From positions 13,882,656-13,946,655 of the forward strand of contig NC_134030.1 in assembly GCF_964204645.1 (NCBI RefSeq): 64,000 bases of DNA. The letters are read 5' to 3'. Shown here piece after piece: positions 23,836 to 35,138 of this stretch (positions within the stretch are counted from its first letter, which is position 1; each line of letters begins with the position of its first letter). The notes under the pieces are model-generated. The model had not been told where the DNA came from. It saw only the letters and a list, made by a program, of their open reading frames with translations, and ran no database searches. The DNA comes from Tubulanus polymorphus (taxonomy: Eukaryota; Animalia; Nemertea). The position numbers were made by a program, and so were the translations under genes.

Positions 23836-24372
23836 AGAAATAAACACTTAAATTCATAAGAAATAAACACATTAAATTCATTCTATATGTAGAATTCCAT
23901 TCTATTTTTGTCTCAATATTAACAAGCTGGCATAGAAGGAAACGGATCGGAAATCTTTTTAGATTTTTACTTTAAAATTTCGATTTTATCATCGCAGAAT
24001 AATATATATTGACACAGTAATTGACTTTTGACTAGCCATGTGCTTTACTTCCGCGTACGTCACGGTTTGTTTACTTCCGGTATATTCAGAACATGCGCAG
24101 TGCGAAACCTAAATGCGGCCGGTAGAAAAAATCGCTTACCCTTACACTGCAGCACGAACTTCCACGCGACCTTGATTCAATTTAAATTGATTCTATTTTA
24201 TCCATTAAAAGTAATTAAATTCCGGTTTACAACTATGCCCTAGTATCCCCACCTACTGATATTTTTATGCATCGATGTCTTTTTTAGGAAAACACGAGTT
24301 TATCTTTTTGATAAACAGCGCCACCTACTGACATTTTCACGCATTGATGTCATTTTCACGAACACTGGAAGT

Positions 24373-25060
24373 TTGTCTTTTTGGCGGGGATGGCCGCCCA
24401 TAACCATCGTCAGGATCGAAGGTATACCTGCAATCTGCCCTCACGAAGCGGTAGTCAAAATGACCCGACCGTACGGAAACATCCATACGGGATCCTATCA
24501 CCCGACGATAGGAAAAATATTTCAGAACGGTGAGAAACGTGTACTGGAGGTAGCTATTACATCACCTATCCCACGGAATATAACTCTAGATTTGAAACGT
24601 TATGGCTTACTTCTTGCAAGGGTCTATTATAACGGTCAGCCTGAACACTGCGTGATATGTGGACAATTTAATCACACCTGGGTTAAGTGCAACGTTGCAT
24701 GTACTCATCCAACGCATACACCCGATCGATGCCGTCAAATACATTTCCGACACACCGTTTCTTTAACGTTGATGAAAAAAGGAAACCCAGCATCGGCTGA
24801 AGCATCTGAGCACAAAGATGAGGTGGCGACAGAAATTTGCCGTTGTCACTGATGAGTCGAGGAAGAGGCCATCATCTCCAACTGAACTTGCTCAAACGCC
24901 GAAGAAGTCGCATAAGTCAAAGGCGCCTTCGGATGATGGGAAGTCCACGATAATCGACCAAGAGAAGCCAGCCCAAACTGAAGACGAAGAATCTGACACG
25001 GACGATGCGAGAGAAACTGCTGCAAAGCCAACAAATTCAAGCAGTGCACCAACCGCGGTG
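24373..25060 (+). mobile_element. L1/Tx1-type ORF1 (zinc-knuckle) fragment
   Basis: VRIEGIP..YG..NG.KR..IPRNI..VYYNGQPEHCVICGQFNHTWVKC followed by a low-complexity tail. Confidence 0.65.
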
Positions 25061-25061
25061 A

Positions 25062-25725
25062 AGGGAGAGAATGGCCAAGGAAAAATGGCAAAGGAAAAAA
25101 TGGCCAGGAAAAAATGGCCAATGAAGGTATTTTTGCCTAGGAAAAATTGTCAAGGAAAAATGGCCACGGAAAAAAGGCCAAGGAAGATTACATAGAAAAC
25201 TAACCATCATTTCATTGACATACAAGAAATCAAATGCATTGCTGTTTTGACATGTCACTTTTTGAGATTATTAGACCTATTCCTGGATTAGTTGACTGAG
25301 TAAATTTTGATGAGCATATCTCACCTCGATATTATCACTACACTACACCAGTTTGCTATATAAATTACCGCACAATTTCAATGCACTTACCTTTGATAAG
25401 ACAGTCTGTGCCCTAATAGCTTACTCAGATGTTTTGAAATACTAATTTAGTTAATTTATTAAGTTTAAGTTTATCACTATTAAGTTTATCCATTGCCCAC
25501 TTGCATGATAGTTCTTTCGTGATAGTTCTTTACATATATTCATTATATTCAATGAAATAAAATGTAAGTTCATCAAATTTCTGAACTCATTATACCGAAT
25601 TTGATTGTTTCGAGCCTCATGAAAAACGAATGATGTCATTAAATTGAGAGCTTAATGTTTATTAACATTGTCAGTAGTTCTCATAAATTTTCCTTGGCCA
25701 TTTTTTCTTGGCCATTTTTTCCTAC
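25062..25725. mobile_element. MITE-like element with repeated subterminal motif
   Basis: Tandem atggccaaggaaaaa motifs at 25070-25185 and their reverse complement at 25688-25722. Confidence 0.55.
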
Positions 25726-26266
25726 ATTCGCTCTTTTCTTGTCCCTCTGTTTGGCTCCTCTGTATACCGTCTCTATCACAGTAATGTTGTTAACTGCAAC
25801 TATCCGTTAATCAAACTATTATTTTTGATAATCGGGATTGATGAAAAGTTGGGAATGAAAATGTGTGCCTCAATCAAGGCTATTTTTTTGTTGTTTTTTT
25901 TTTAAATATGGCGACGACGTTAGAGTGAGACCGGTTTTATTTCGCTCCTCCTTCTAGGCTCGTTTACTGGATTTTTTACTTATTCTATACGCGTGAAAAT
26001 TACAACGATTAATGGTATACGTTATGTTTTTCTGTTGTGGATCTCTCGTGAGTTTGTTTCTACTTTGAACACCATATTATGACTGTTTTTGGTTATTTCG
26101 ATATCGTTACTTAATAAACCAGGTAGAAAATGCTCGCACGATGACGTAGTGACTAGAAATCGCCGTATATTCACTCACGCATGAAGGATTTCTATTGAAG
26201 TGCCACGAACGTAGTGGAGTCGAACGATCATTACTTTTTGTTTAATCATTCAACGTTCTTCCTATA

Positions 26267-27214
26267 ATGGCTGGAGTTGATAAAACAGTAAAACCACCTA
26301 TAAAAGCAAACGGAAAAAAGCAGAAACTAGCACTTCCGGCGACTCAACATCATCAACCTCATCAAATGCGAGAACTCCCAAGAGGTCGAACCGCCCACTA
26401 TCGATGAATTCGACAATGACGACGTATTTTCAAGTTCCGATAAATCCATTGGTGACGAACTATTTGAAGTTAGAATCTCAGAAGCTCTAAATAGCCCGCA
26501 TGTGCAAAAGATTATACAAACAATTGTCGATTCAATTCTTACAACGTTTAAGCGGGAAACGAAAACTATCATAAATGATAAATTCGACAAATTCGACGCA
26601 TTTTTATTTGATATGAATAAAAAACAGGATGAACTTAAACATAGTGTCGACACCATGATCGAATCCTGTAAAAACTCAATCGACGAATTAACAACAAAAT
26701 GTCGTGCAATAGATAAGTCACTTTCAGACGTCGATTACAGACTCTCGGCAAATGATGCGTACTACGAAGAATTAGATATGTACACTAGAAGAAACTCTAT
26801 CCGTATTTTTGGACTCAACGAACTTCCAGACGAAAATCCGCTTGAAAAATGTACGAAATTTTTTTCAAAGACTCCCTGAACATTGATATCAATCCGTGTG
26901 GCATCGACCGAGCGCATCGAATAGGAAAACCATCTAGAGACCCACGTGTTCCGAGACAAATGATCGTCAAATTCTTGCGTCATACCGACAGAGAGCTGGT
27001 TATCAAGCAGCGTAGAAAAATAAAAGGATCCAAAACTAGTATCTCTGAGGATTTAACCCGCGGCAGAGCTCAATTCCTGAAGTACCTGAACAAACATCAA
27101 GCGGTTTCAGCATCATGGTCGAATGACGGTAAAATTATGGCCATCATTAACAACATGAAACACCATCTTAGTGGTTATGCAGATTTTGATGAGATATTGA
27201 ATCGTGTATCCTAG
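26267..27214 (+). pseudogene. LINE ORF1 (coiled coil + RRM/CTD), frameshifted
   Basis: ELDMYTRRNSIRIFGLNE; IDRAHRIG; PRQMIVKF; ISEDLT; SWSNDGKI. Confidence 0.88.
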
Positions 27215-27504
27215 TTTGATTAATCCTGTCAAATCATAATTCCTTGATAACAATTATTATTTAGCATTTTAAAATTATGTAGGAGGAGCTAATCCTTTCA
27301 TATGCTCGTGGCTTTAGTTACTCGGTATGGTTTATTGCTAATAGTATGTGCTGTGATCACCAATTTTTTACATCGTCATTTTTCTTTGTTTACATTGATT
27401 TTTTTGTGTATACATATGCGTACTTTGTTCATAATGAGCTAAATTTATTATGTAACGGTGAGTGCCGTCGAAGTATTACTATCACGCTTCAATTCCACTA
27501 GCAG

Positions 27505-28833
27505 ATGGCCAGTCATGCACATCCTGAGTTTATCGTAGGTTCAAGTAGAAAATATTATAAGGATTTAACGCAATTATCAAAGTTTGGATTATCAAACTTC
27601 TCCTTGTTTCATCTAAATATAAGGAGCTTTAATAAGAATTTTGAGAATTTGCAATTATATTTACACTCCCTCTGTTTCAATTTTGGGATCTTAGCTCTTA
27701 CTGAAACGTGGACTAAACTTCAACATGACAACAAGTCAATGTATAATTTGCCTGATTATGAGTCGATTTTCATAAGTAGACAGGATTCACGTGGTGGTGG
27801 AATAGCGATGTTTGTCCACAACACCATTAGATTTAGGGTACTGGATGATTTTACATGTGTAAATGACACTTTCGAAAGTTTATTTATAGAAATCCAATGA
27901 CCACATAATATGTCAAAACATATTGTTGGCACTATCTATCGACCGCCTGATGCAAGTGTCAATAACTTTAATACTGATTTTCTACCACTCTTAGAAAACT
28001 TAACTAGAACAGGGCGTAAGTGCTTCATATTGGGCGATTTCAATATAGATCTTTTCAACGCCGGCTCTCATAAACCGACTGGAGATTTCATTTTTAATAT
28101 GCTCTCAACTGGTTTTACGAATTTAATAGATAAGTCAACACGAGTAACCGACAGATCTTCGACTCTTATTGACAATATATATTCAAACTGTTATTCTAGT
28201 TTCGATGCAATTTCAGGGATACTGATCAATGATTATTTGACCACTTTCCAATGTTTGCAATTTTGCCGGAAATCAAAGTCAACCATACATCAACTAGGAC
28301 ACTTAGTTATCGAAAAATGTCAGATCATGATATCGCTCGATTTAAACGAAAGCTAATTGCACATGATTGGACTCATGTGTTTAATATTCATGATGTTTAT
28401 GTTGCCTATAACTCTTTTTATGATGTATTCTATAAATACTACACGGAATGTTTCCCTATAATCAATAGAAAGTTTTCGGTATATAGGGACAAGAAACACG
28501 GATCGTTTTCTAACGGTTTATTGATTTCTTTAAAAAAGAAGGATTCTCTTTATAGAAGATACCTGTCTAGTAAACTTCAAACTGACAGAGATATCTACAA
28601 TAGATATAGAAACGTTTTTAATACTTGTATCAAAAAGGCTAAAAGGCTTCACTATAACTCTATGTTAAACAATGCGAGAGAGCCCAAGGAAACCTGGAAA
28701 ATAATTAATGACCTTTTTAATAGAAAATCATCAAATTCTAAATTTCCTGATGTTTTTGAAAAATAATGTTAGTATGGCCAATGAATTTAATAAGTGTTTT
28801 GCACAAGCGGGTCCAAATCTAGCTAATGATATT
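27505..28833 (+). pseudogene. LINE ORF2 5' part: apurinic-like endonuclease and linker
   Basis: HLNIRS; LALTETW; RGGGIAMFV; IYRPP; ILGDFN; LIDNI; ends FNKCFAQAGPNLANDI at the insertion. Confidence 0.92.
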
Positions 28834-29286
28834 AGTAATAGGGGTAATGGGCTTTCATACCAAAGGTCGAACGGTCGAGCTCGTAAAAAATGAAAATAAC
28901 AATAATTTCCAGTTGAATTAGTCGCGAAACTCATAAAAAATGAAAAATAATTCTCACACACTCGAATTTATTTTTCATTTTTACTCGCTAGAAAAAAGTG
29001 TGAGTAAAGTGTGAGTGAAATAAATTCGAGCGTGTGAGAATTATTTTTCATTTTTTATGAGTTTCACTCCTAATTCAAGTAGAAATTGTTATTATTTTCA
29101 TATTTTTCATTTTTTACTCACTCGCCCGTTCAACCTTTAACCTGAAAGCCGATTACCCCTATTACTCTTAAAATATTCATATACATGAATAAAATATATA
29201 TGAATAACATATAAATTGATAGATTATTCAATATGAAAGTGTGAGTGAAATAATTCATATTTAAAACATTGAATATTTATATTTGA

Positions 29287-29937
29287 ATGAGTTTTAATAA
29301 AAATTTTGTTATAAAAATGAAGAAAGAAGAAGAAGAACCCAACTTTAAAATCGAAATCAATGAAACCAATAAATCATTTTCATTATTTAACATTAAAAAT
29401 TATATTTCAGCAACAAATTTAGTGTCCGCAAGACATTATAAAATCGATAACATAACTATGATTAATCAAATATTATCAAATGAAACTTATTTAATTACTG
29501 AACTTGTAGATACTTTTGATAATGGCGTTAAAAATCCTAAAATATTTAATACAGTTTTAAAATTAAAAGGAATTTTAGATGAAAACATAATAAATATTCT
29601 TAAAACTCCTTTCAATGAAGGAAATGATGATATAATACTTTCAAAAAATTACAATGATTTGATTAATTTAAGAATTGAAAAAAGACAATTATATTATTTC
29701 AATTTTGATAATAAACAAATTATCTATAATGAAAATTCATCAAATATTGGAATTCAATGTGAATTAGATAATGAAAAATCATTTAAAGATATTGCAGTTC
29801 AATGTAATTTAGATGATGAATTTAGAAAAATCAATCCTAATGAAAAAGTGCATTGTTATTGCGGAGGTAAATATTTAAAATCACATAAATCAAAGCATTA
29901 TGAAACAATTAAACATAAAAACTGGCGTAAAGAGTAA
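29287..29937 (+). CDS. Hypothetical protein with C-terminal CxC..H..H zinc-finger-like motif
   Basis: Intact 216-aa AT-rich ORF; EKSFKDIAVQCNLD..NPNEKVHCYCGGKYLKSHKSKHYETIKH. Confidence 0.65.
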   Translation: MSFNKNFVIKMKKEEEEPNFKIEINETNKSFSLFNIKNYISATNLVSARHYKIDNITMINQILSNETYLITELVDTFDNGVKNPKIFNTVLKLKGILDENIINILKTPFNEGNDDIILSKNYNDLINLRIEKRQLYYFNFDNKQIIYNENSSNIGIQCELDNEKSFKDIAVQCNLDDEFRKINPNEKVHCYCGGKYLKSHKSKHYETIKHKNWRKE

Positions 29938-29989
29938 CAATTCTACATTATAATTATTGAATTGAGTTAAATGATTTAAATATCTAATA

Positions 29990-30600
29990 GACTGTTAAAA
30001 TGATAAATTGTTTGACAGTTAAAATGATAAATTGTTTGACAGTTGAAATGATAAATCGTTTAACAGTTAAAATGATAAATTGTTTGACAGTTAAAATGAT
30101 AAATTGTTCGACTGTTGAAATGATAAATTGTTTGACAGTTGAAATGATAAATTGTTTGACAGTTGAAATGATAAATTGTTTGACAGTTGAAATGTTAAAC
30201 TGTTTGACAGTTGCAATGTTAAATTGTTTGACAGTTGAAATGTTAAATTGTTTGACAGTTGAAATGTTAAATTGTTTGACAGTTGAAATGATAAACTGTT
30301 TGGCAGTTGAAATGATAAATTGTTTGACAGTTGAAATGATAAATTGTTCAACTGTTGAAATGATAAGACAGTTGAAATGATAAATTGTTTGAGAGTTGAA
30401 ATGATGAATTGTTTGACAGTTGAAATGATAAATTGTTTGGCAGTTGAAATGATAAATTGTTTGGCAGTTGAAATGATAAGACAGTTGAAATGATAAATTG
30501 TTCTACAATTGAAATGATAAATTGTTTGACAGTTGGAATGATAAATTGTTTGACTGTTGAAATGTTAAATTGTTAGACTGTTGAAATGTTAAGTTGTTTG
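29990..30600. repeat. 24-bp minisatellite, left arm
   Basis: (gttgaaatgataaattgtttgaca)n, about 25 units. Confidence 0.95.
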
Positions 30601-30724
30601 GCTGTAAATTTAATTGTTATTTGATTTAATCATTTAAAAGTTTAATATTTTTAAAATGATTATAAAATATTTAATTAAAAACTAGCAAATATTTTATAAA
30701 CTGTTTAATTTTTCTCTTAAATAA

Positions 30725-30943
30725 ATGCATGGTTTCATTCCAACTGGGAAAAGTGATTTGAAACACTATTTAGTAGTTGGAGGATTAATATTGGTTGCGC
30801 TTTTCTTTTATTATGAAAATATCAGTAAGGATTTGATTAATGAAAATATGAAATTGAGCAAGAAATTATAGAAGTTAATTGGAAACAATCACAGAAAGAA
30901 TAACAATAAAAAAGTTAATTTAGAAAATGATTTAGAGGATTAA
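30725..30943 (+). pseudogene. Small TM/coiled-coil ORF A, left copy with one in-frame stop
   Basis: Inverted paralogue of 32944-33162; TAG at ~30868. Confidence 0.6.
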
Positions 30944-30978
30944 AACAGCATCTTTTAATTTAATTTATTCTATATATT

Positions 30979-31296
30979 TTGACTATAAAAATGAGTGAAA
31001 ATAAGGTATTAGAAATATTACATCTAATATATAAAAATCAACAGAATATTAAATCAATTATTATGATTTCAGGTTTATTTTCATTCTCAGTTTATACTAT
31101 AAAACAGTTGTTAGAATTCTATGATTGCTGTAAAATTAGATACACTGAATTAATAGAAAATATGAATTATATTTCAGATAGATTGAATAATATTAAATAC
31201 TGTGAAATATGCAATAAAAGATATAAAAATAAAAAATCATTAAGGAATCACATGTATATTCATGAACTTGATGAAAAATTATATGAATCAAAATAA
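30979..31296 (+). CDS. Small ORF B: hydrophobic segment + C2H2 zinc finger, left copy
   Basis: IIMISGLFSFSVYTI..CEICNKRYKNKKSLRNHMYIH; probable ATG at 30991. Confidence 0.7.
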   Translation: MTIKMSENKVLEILHLIYKNQQNIKSIIMISGLFSFSVYTIKQLLEFYDCCKIRYTELIENMNYISDRLNNIKYCEICNKRYKNKKSLRNHMYIHELDEKLYESK

Positions 31297-31580
31297 GAAA
31301 TCGACTGTTAAATTAGCTGAAAATATAAAATTTATTAGTTGAAATGTATGAAAATAAAAGTTAATAAAAAAGGGGGTTGAGGTATCAATGTATTAGATAC
31401 CCTATTAGATACCCTAATACCTACCTATGTATTAGATACCCTATTAGATACCCTAATACCTAAAACCCTTTTTTTATTAACTTTTATTTTATACAATTTT
31501 CAACCAATTTATTTTTATTTTTTCAAATAATATATGAATAAATTAAAGAATAACAAAGGTTCAAAATTATTACTTAGGCA

Positions 31581-32224
31581 TATTAAATACGTATTAATGG
31601 TATTAAATACATATTATGCTTTATTTCTGAAAATGAAGTAACAGAAGTAATTTATGTTTTAATTCATTCAAGTATGATATTGTAAATTCTTTACATTTGA
31701 CTATTATAATACAAGAGTGATATTAGTTAGTTGGCTTATTCAATAAGAGAAACAATGAAATAATACAAGAGTGATACTAACAGTTAAAGTTATTGAATTT
31801 CTTGTTAAATCTATTTGAATTCTAGTCAATTCTTGTTAACCAATAGCGTGAATAGAAATCAAAAAGATTTAAATAAAAAAACAATAAGTTACTTTATCTA
31901 ATACTAACTTATTTAACTTATTGTTTTTTTATTTAAATCTTTTTGATTTCTATTCACGCTATTGGTTAACAAGAATTGACTAGAATTCAAATAGATTTAA
32001 CAAGAAATTCAATAACTTTAACTGTTAGTATCACTCTTGTATTATTTCATTGTTTCTCTTATTGAATAAGCCAACTAACTAATATCACTCTTGTATTATC
32101 CTAGTCAAATGTAAAGAATTTACAATATCATACTTGAATGAATTAAAACATAAATTACTTCTGTTACTTCATTTTCAGAAATAAAGCATAATATGTATTT
32201 AATACCATTAATATGTATTTAATA
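31581..32224. repeat. Central long palindrome (311-bp arms, 22-nt loop)
   Basis: 31581-31891 is the reverse complement of 31914-32224 with about 3 mismatches. Confidence 0.93.
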
Positions 32225-32591
32225 CCATTAATACGTATTAAATACGTATTTAATACATTGATACCTCAACCCCCTTTTTGGTTAACTAATATTTCATACA
32301 ATATTTCATACATTTTAGCTAATTTAACAGTCTTATTCGTGATTTATTTCATTTAGTTTATGAATATACAATGTACACAATTTAATACTTAAACAGTTAA
32401 ACAATCTAGCGTAAGAATCCAAGAAATCTTACTTTCTTGGCAAGAATCTTACTTTCTTACTCGTACGTCTAGTACATAGATATATAAATTAGTTTTTATA
32501 AAAATCATAGATATAAATTATTAATCTAAATATAGAAATAGTTATAATATTATCTATTTTTATATTTTCAACCAATTTAACAGTCTTATTC

Positions 32592-32909
32592 TCAATTTGA
32601 ATTATGAAATTTCTCATCTAATTCATGAATATACATGTGATTTCTCAAACTCTTTTTATTTTTATATCTTTTATTACATATTTCACAGCATTTAATATTA
32701 TTTATTCGATCTGATAGATAATTTATATTTTCATTCAATACTGTATATCTAATTGTACAGCTATCATAGAATTCTAACAACTGTTTTATAGTATAAACTG
32801 AGAATGAAAATAAACCTGAAATCATAATAATTGATTTAATATTCTGTTGATTTTTATATATTAGATGTAATATTTCTAATACCTTATTTTCACTCATTTT
32901 TATAGTCAA
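32592..32909 (-). CDS. Small ORF B: hydrophobic segment + C2H2 zinc finger, right copy
   Basis: First 49 aa identical to 30979-31296, diverged middle, same finger. Confidence 0.7.
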   Translation of the reverse strand: MTIKMSENKVLEILHLIYKNQQNIKSIIMISGLFSFSVYTIKQLLEFYDSCTIRYTVLNENINYLSDRINNIKCCEICNKRYKNKKSLRNHMYIHELDEKFHNSN

Positions 32910-32943
32910 AATATATAGAATGAATTAAATAAAAGATGCTGTT

Positions 32944-33162
32944 TTAATCCTCTAAATCATTTTCTAAATTAACTTTTTTATTGTTATTCTTTCTGTGGTT
33001 GTTTCCATTTAACTTCTTTAATTTCTTGCTCAATTTTATATTTTCATTAATCAAATCCTTACTGATATTTTCATAATAAAAGAAAAGCGCAGCCAATATT
33101 AATCCACCTGCTACTAAATAATGTTTAAAATCACTTTTCCCAGTTTGGATGAAACCATCCAT
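32944..33162 (-). CDS. Small TM/coiled-coil ORF A, intact right copy
   Basis: MDGFIQTGKSDFKHYLVAGGLILAALFFYY..; TAAATG start. Confidence 0.65.
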   Translation of the reverse strand: MDGFIQTGKSDFKHYLVAGGLILAALFFYYENISKDLINENIKLSKKLKKLNGNNHRKNNNKKVNLENDLED

Positions 33163-33289
33163 TTATTTAAGAGAAAAATTAAACAGTTTATAAAATATTT
33201 GCTAGTTTTTAATTAAATATTTTATAATCATTTAAAAAATATTAAACTTTTAAATGATTAAATCAAATAACAATTAAATTGACAGCCAA

Positions 33290-33937
33290 ACAATTAAACA
33301 TTTCAACAGTCTAACAATTTATCATTTCAACTGTCAAACAATTTATCATTTCAACTGTCAAACAATTTATCATTTCAACTGTCAAACAATTTATCATTTC
33401 AACTGTCAAACAATTTATCATTTCAACTGTCAAACAATTTATCATTCAACTGTCAAACAATTTATCATTTCAACTGTCAAACAATTTATCATTTCAACTG
33501 TCAAACAATTTATCATTTCAACTGTCTTATCATTTCAACAGTCGAACAATTTATCATTTCAACTGTCCTATCATTTCAACATTCGAACAATTTATCATTT
33601 CAACTGTCAAACAATTTATCATTTCAACTGTAGAACAATTTATCATTTCAACTGTCAAACAATTTATCATTTCAACAGTTGAACAATTTATCATTTCAAC
33701 AGTCGAACAATTTATCATTTCAACGGTCGAACAATTTATCATTTCAACTGTCAAAAAATTTATCATTTCAACTGTCAAACAATTTATCATTTCAACTGTC
33801 AAACAATTTATCATTTCAACTGTCAAACAATTTATCATTTCAACTGTCAAACAATTTATCATTTCAACTGTCAAACAATTTATCATTTCAACTGTCAAAC
33901 AATTTATCATTTCAACTGTCAAACAATTTATCATTTC
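33290..33937. repeat. 24-bp minisatellite, right arm (inverted)
   Basis: (tgtcaaacaatttatcatttcaac)n. Confidence 0.95.
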
Positions 33938-33942
33938 ATGCT

Positions 33943-34035
33943 AAACAATTCATGATCTTTAGGATAGTTACTGAAATCAAAATGATGTTTTAATGTTTTT
34001 AAATCATCAGTTATGTTATTAGTTTTTATCTTTAA
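33943..34035 (-). pseudogene. 93-bp pPolB fragment inside the 6.3-kb element
   Basis: Matches 12957-13049 with 7 mismatches (LKIKTNNITDDLKxLKHHFDFSNYPKDHELF). Confidence 0.9.
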
Positions 34036-34633
34036 AATGTGTTATGATATTTTGATTTAAGATGGTGTGATTTATTGCTTCGAGTATAATATTTTCCACA
34101 ATTACATAAAACGCTTTCATTAGGATTATATTTAGGCGCAACAATTTCATTATCTAAATTACATTGAATTCCAACATCTTTATATGATTTTTCATTTGGA
34201 ATGTCAGGGATAAATCTCTTTTCTTGTAATCTGAAAAACATAACATAGCATTCTCTGAATGGGCAATAACGTAAGTGTGAAAATAATGTTTTATGTGAAT
34301 TTTCATTATTAAAAAGTGATTGAATTTCATCTGTAATTATTAAATGTTTATCTATTCCATCAAATGTTGTGAATTTTGGAATTATTGTATTGAGTAAGAT
34401 TTTATCTTTATCATTCGATAACTCTATTATCAGATAATGATTTTAAACACTAATTCAGTAATATTTTTCACTTGAAAACGAAGACGCGCAGTTTTAATCA
34501 AATCTTTAATAAGAATGAAATTTTTAATTGTAAAATATTTTTCTAATTCATTTAAATCGATATCTTTGAAATGTAGTATCTGTTCATTCATATTTATAAG
34601 TAATTTTGTTATCAAAATTGATATTTTCATCAA
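34032..34633 (-). pseudogene. Diverged, frameshifted paralogue of ORF 29287-29937
   Basis: EKSYKDVGIQCNLD..NPNESVLCNCGKYYTRSNKSHHLKSKYH at the mirror position. Confidence 0.65.
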
Positions 34634-35138
34634 CTCGTTAATTACTCGTTACTTTTAAACATAGAATAAGAATTTAACGCATATAAATATAAATATTCAC
34701 TGTTTTAAATATGAATTATTTCACTCGTTAATTACTCGTTACTTTTTATATTGAAAATAAGAATTTAACGCATATAAATATGAATATTCAATGATTTATA
34801 TATAAATTATTTCAATCACACTTTACTAACACTTTTAATGTTTAAAAATCTAACTCTTACAAATATAAATATTGAAATAATGTTTAAAATATATCTATAT
34901 ATCTATTCTATAAGAGCTCACACTTTTATATTGAATAATCTGTCAATTTAAATGTTATTCATGTATATGAATATTTTAAGAGTAATAGGGGTTTAGTTGT
35001 TTCATATCAAAGGTTGAAGGGGCGGGTGAGTAAAAAATAAAAAATAAATTCGAGTGTGCGAGAATTTATTTTTTATTTTTTTACTTTCCAACCTCTCGAC
35101 CTTTGGTATGAAAGCCCATTACCCCTATTACTGATATT

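Larger units (their letters stand above)
28834..35132. mobile_element. 6.3-kb non-autonomous Polinton-related palindromic element
   Basis: Perfect 37-bp TIR AGTAATAGGGGTAATGGGCTTTCATACCAAAGGTCGA; 6-bp TSD GATATT (28828-28833 and 35133-35138); removal restores the LINE ORF2 frame. Confidence 0.93.

Noticed and set aside
29990-30600. 24-bp repeats as a CRISPR array or as repeat proteins (ORFs 30000-30380, 33554-33934 and overlaps)
   Set aside because: Units are head-to-tail with no unique spacers, the context is eukaryotic and no cas genes are present; the ORFs arise because the unit length is a multiple of 3
28834-35132. Whole palindromic element as an assembly fold-back artefact
   Set aside because: The arms differ substantially, the ends have a perfect TSD and the LINE frame is restored on removal; only the central palindrome still needs read confirmation
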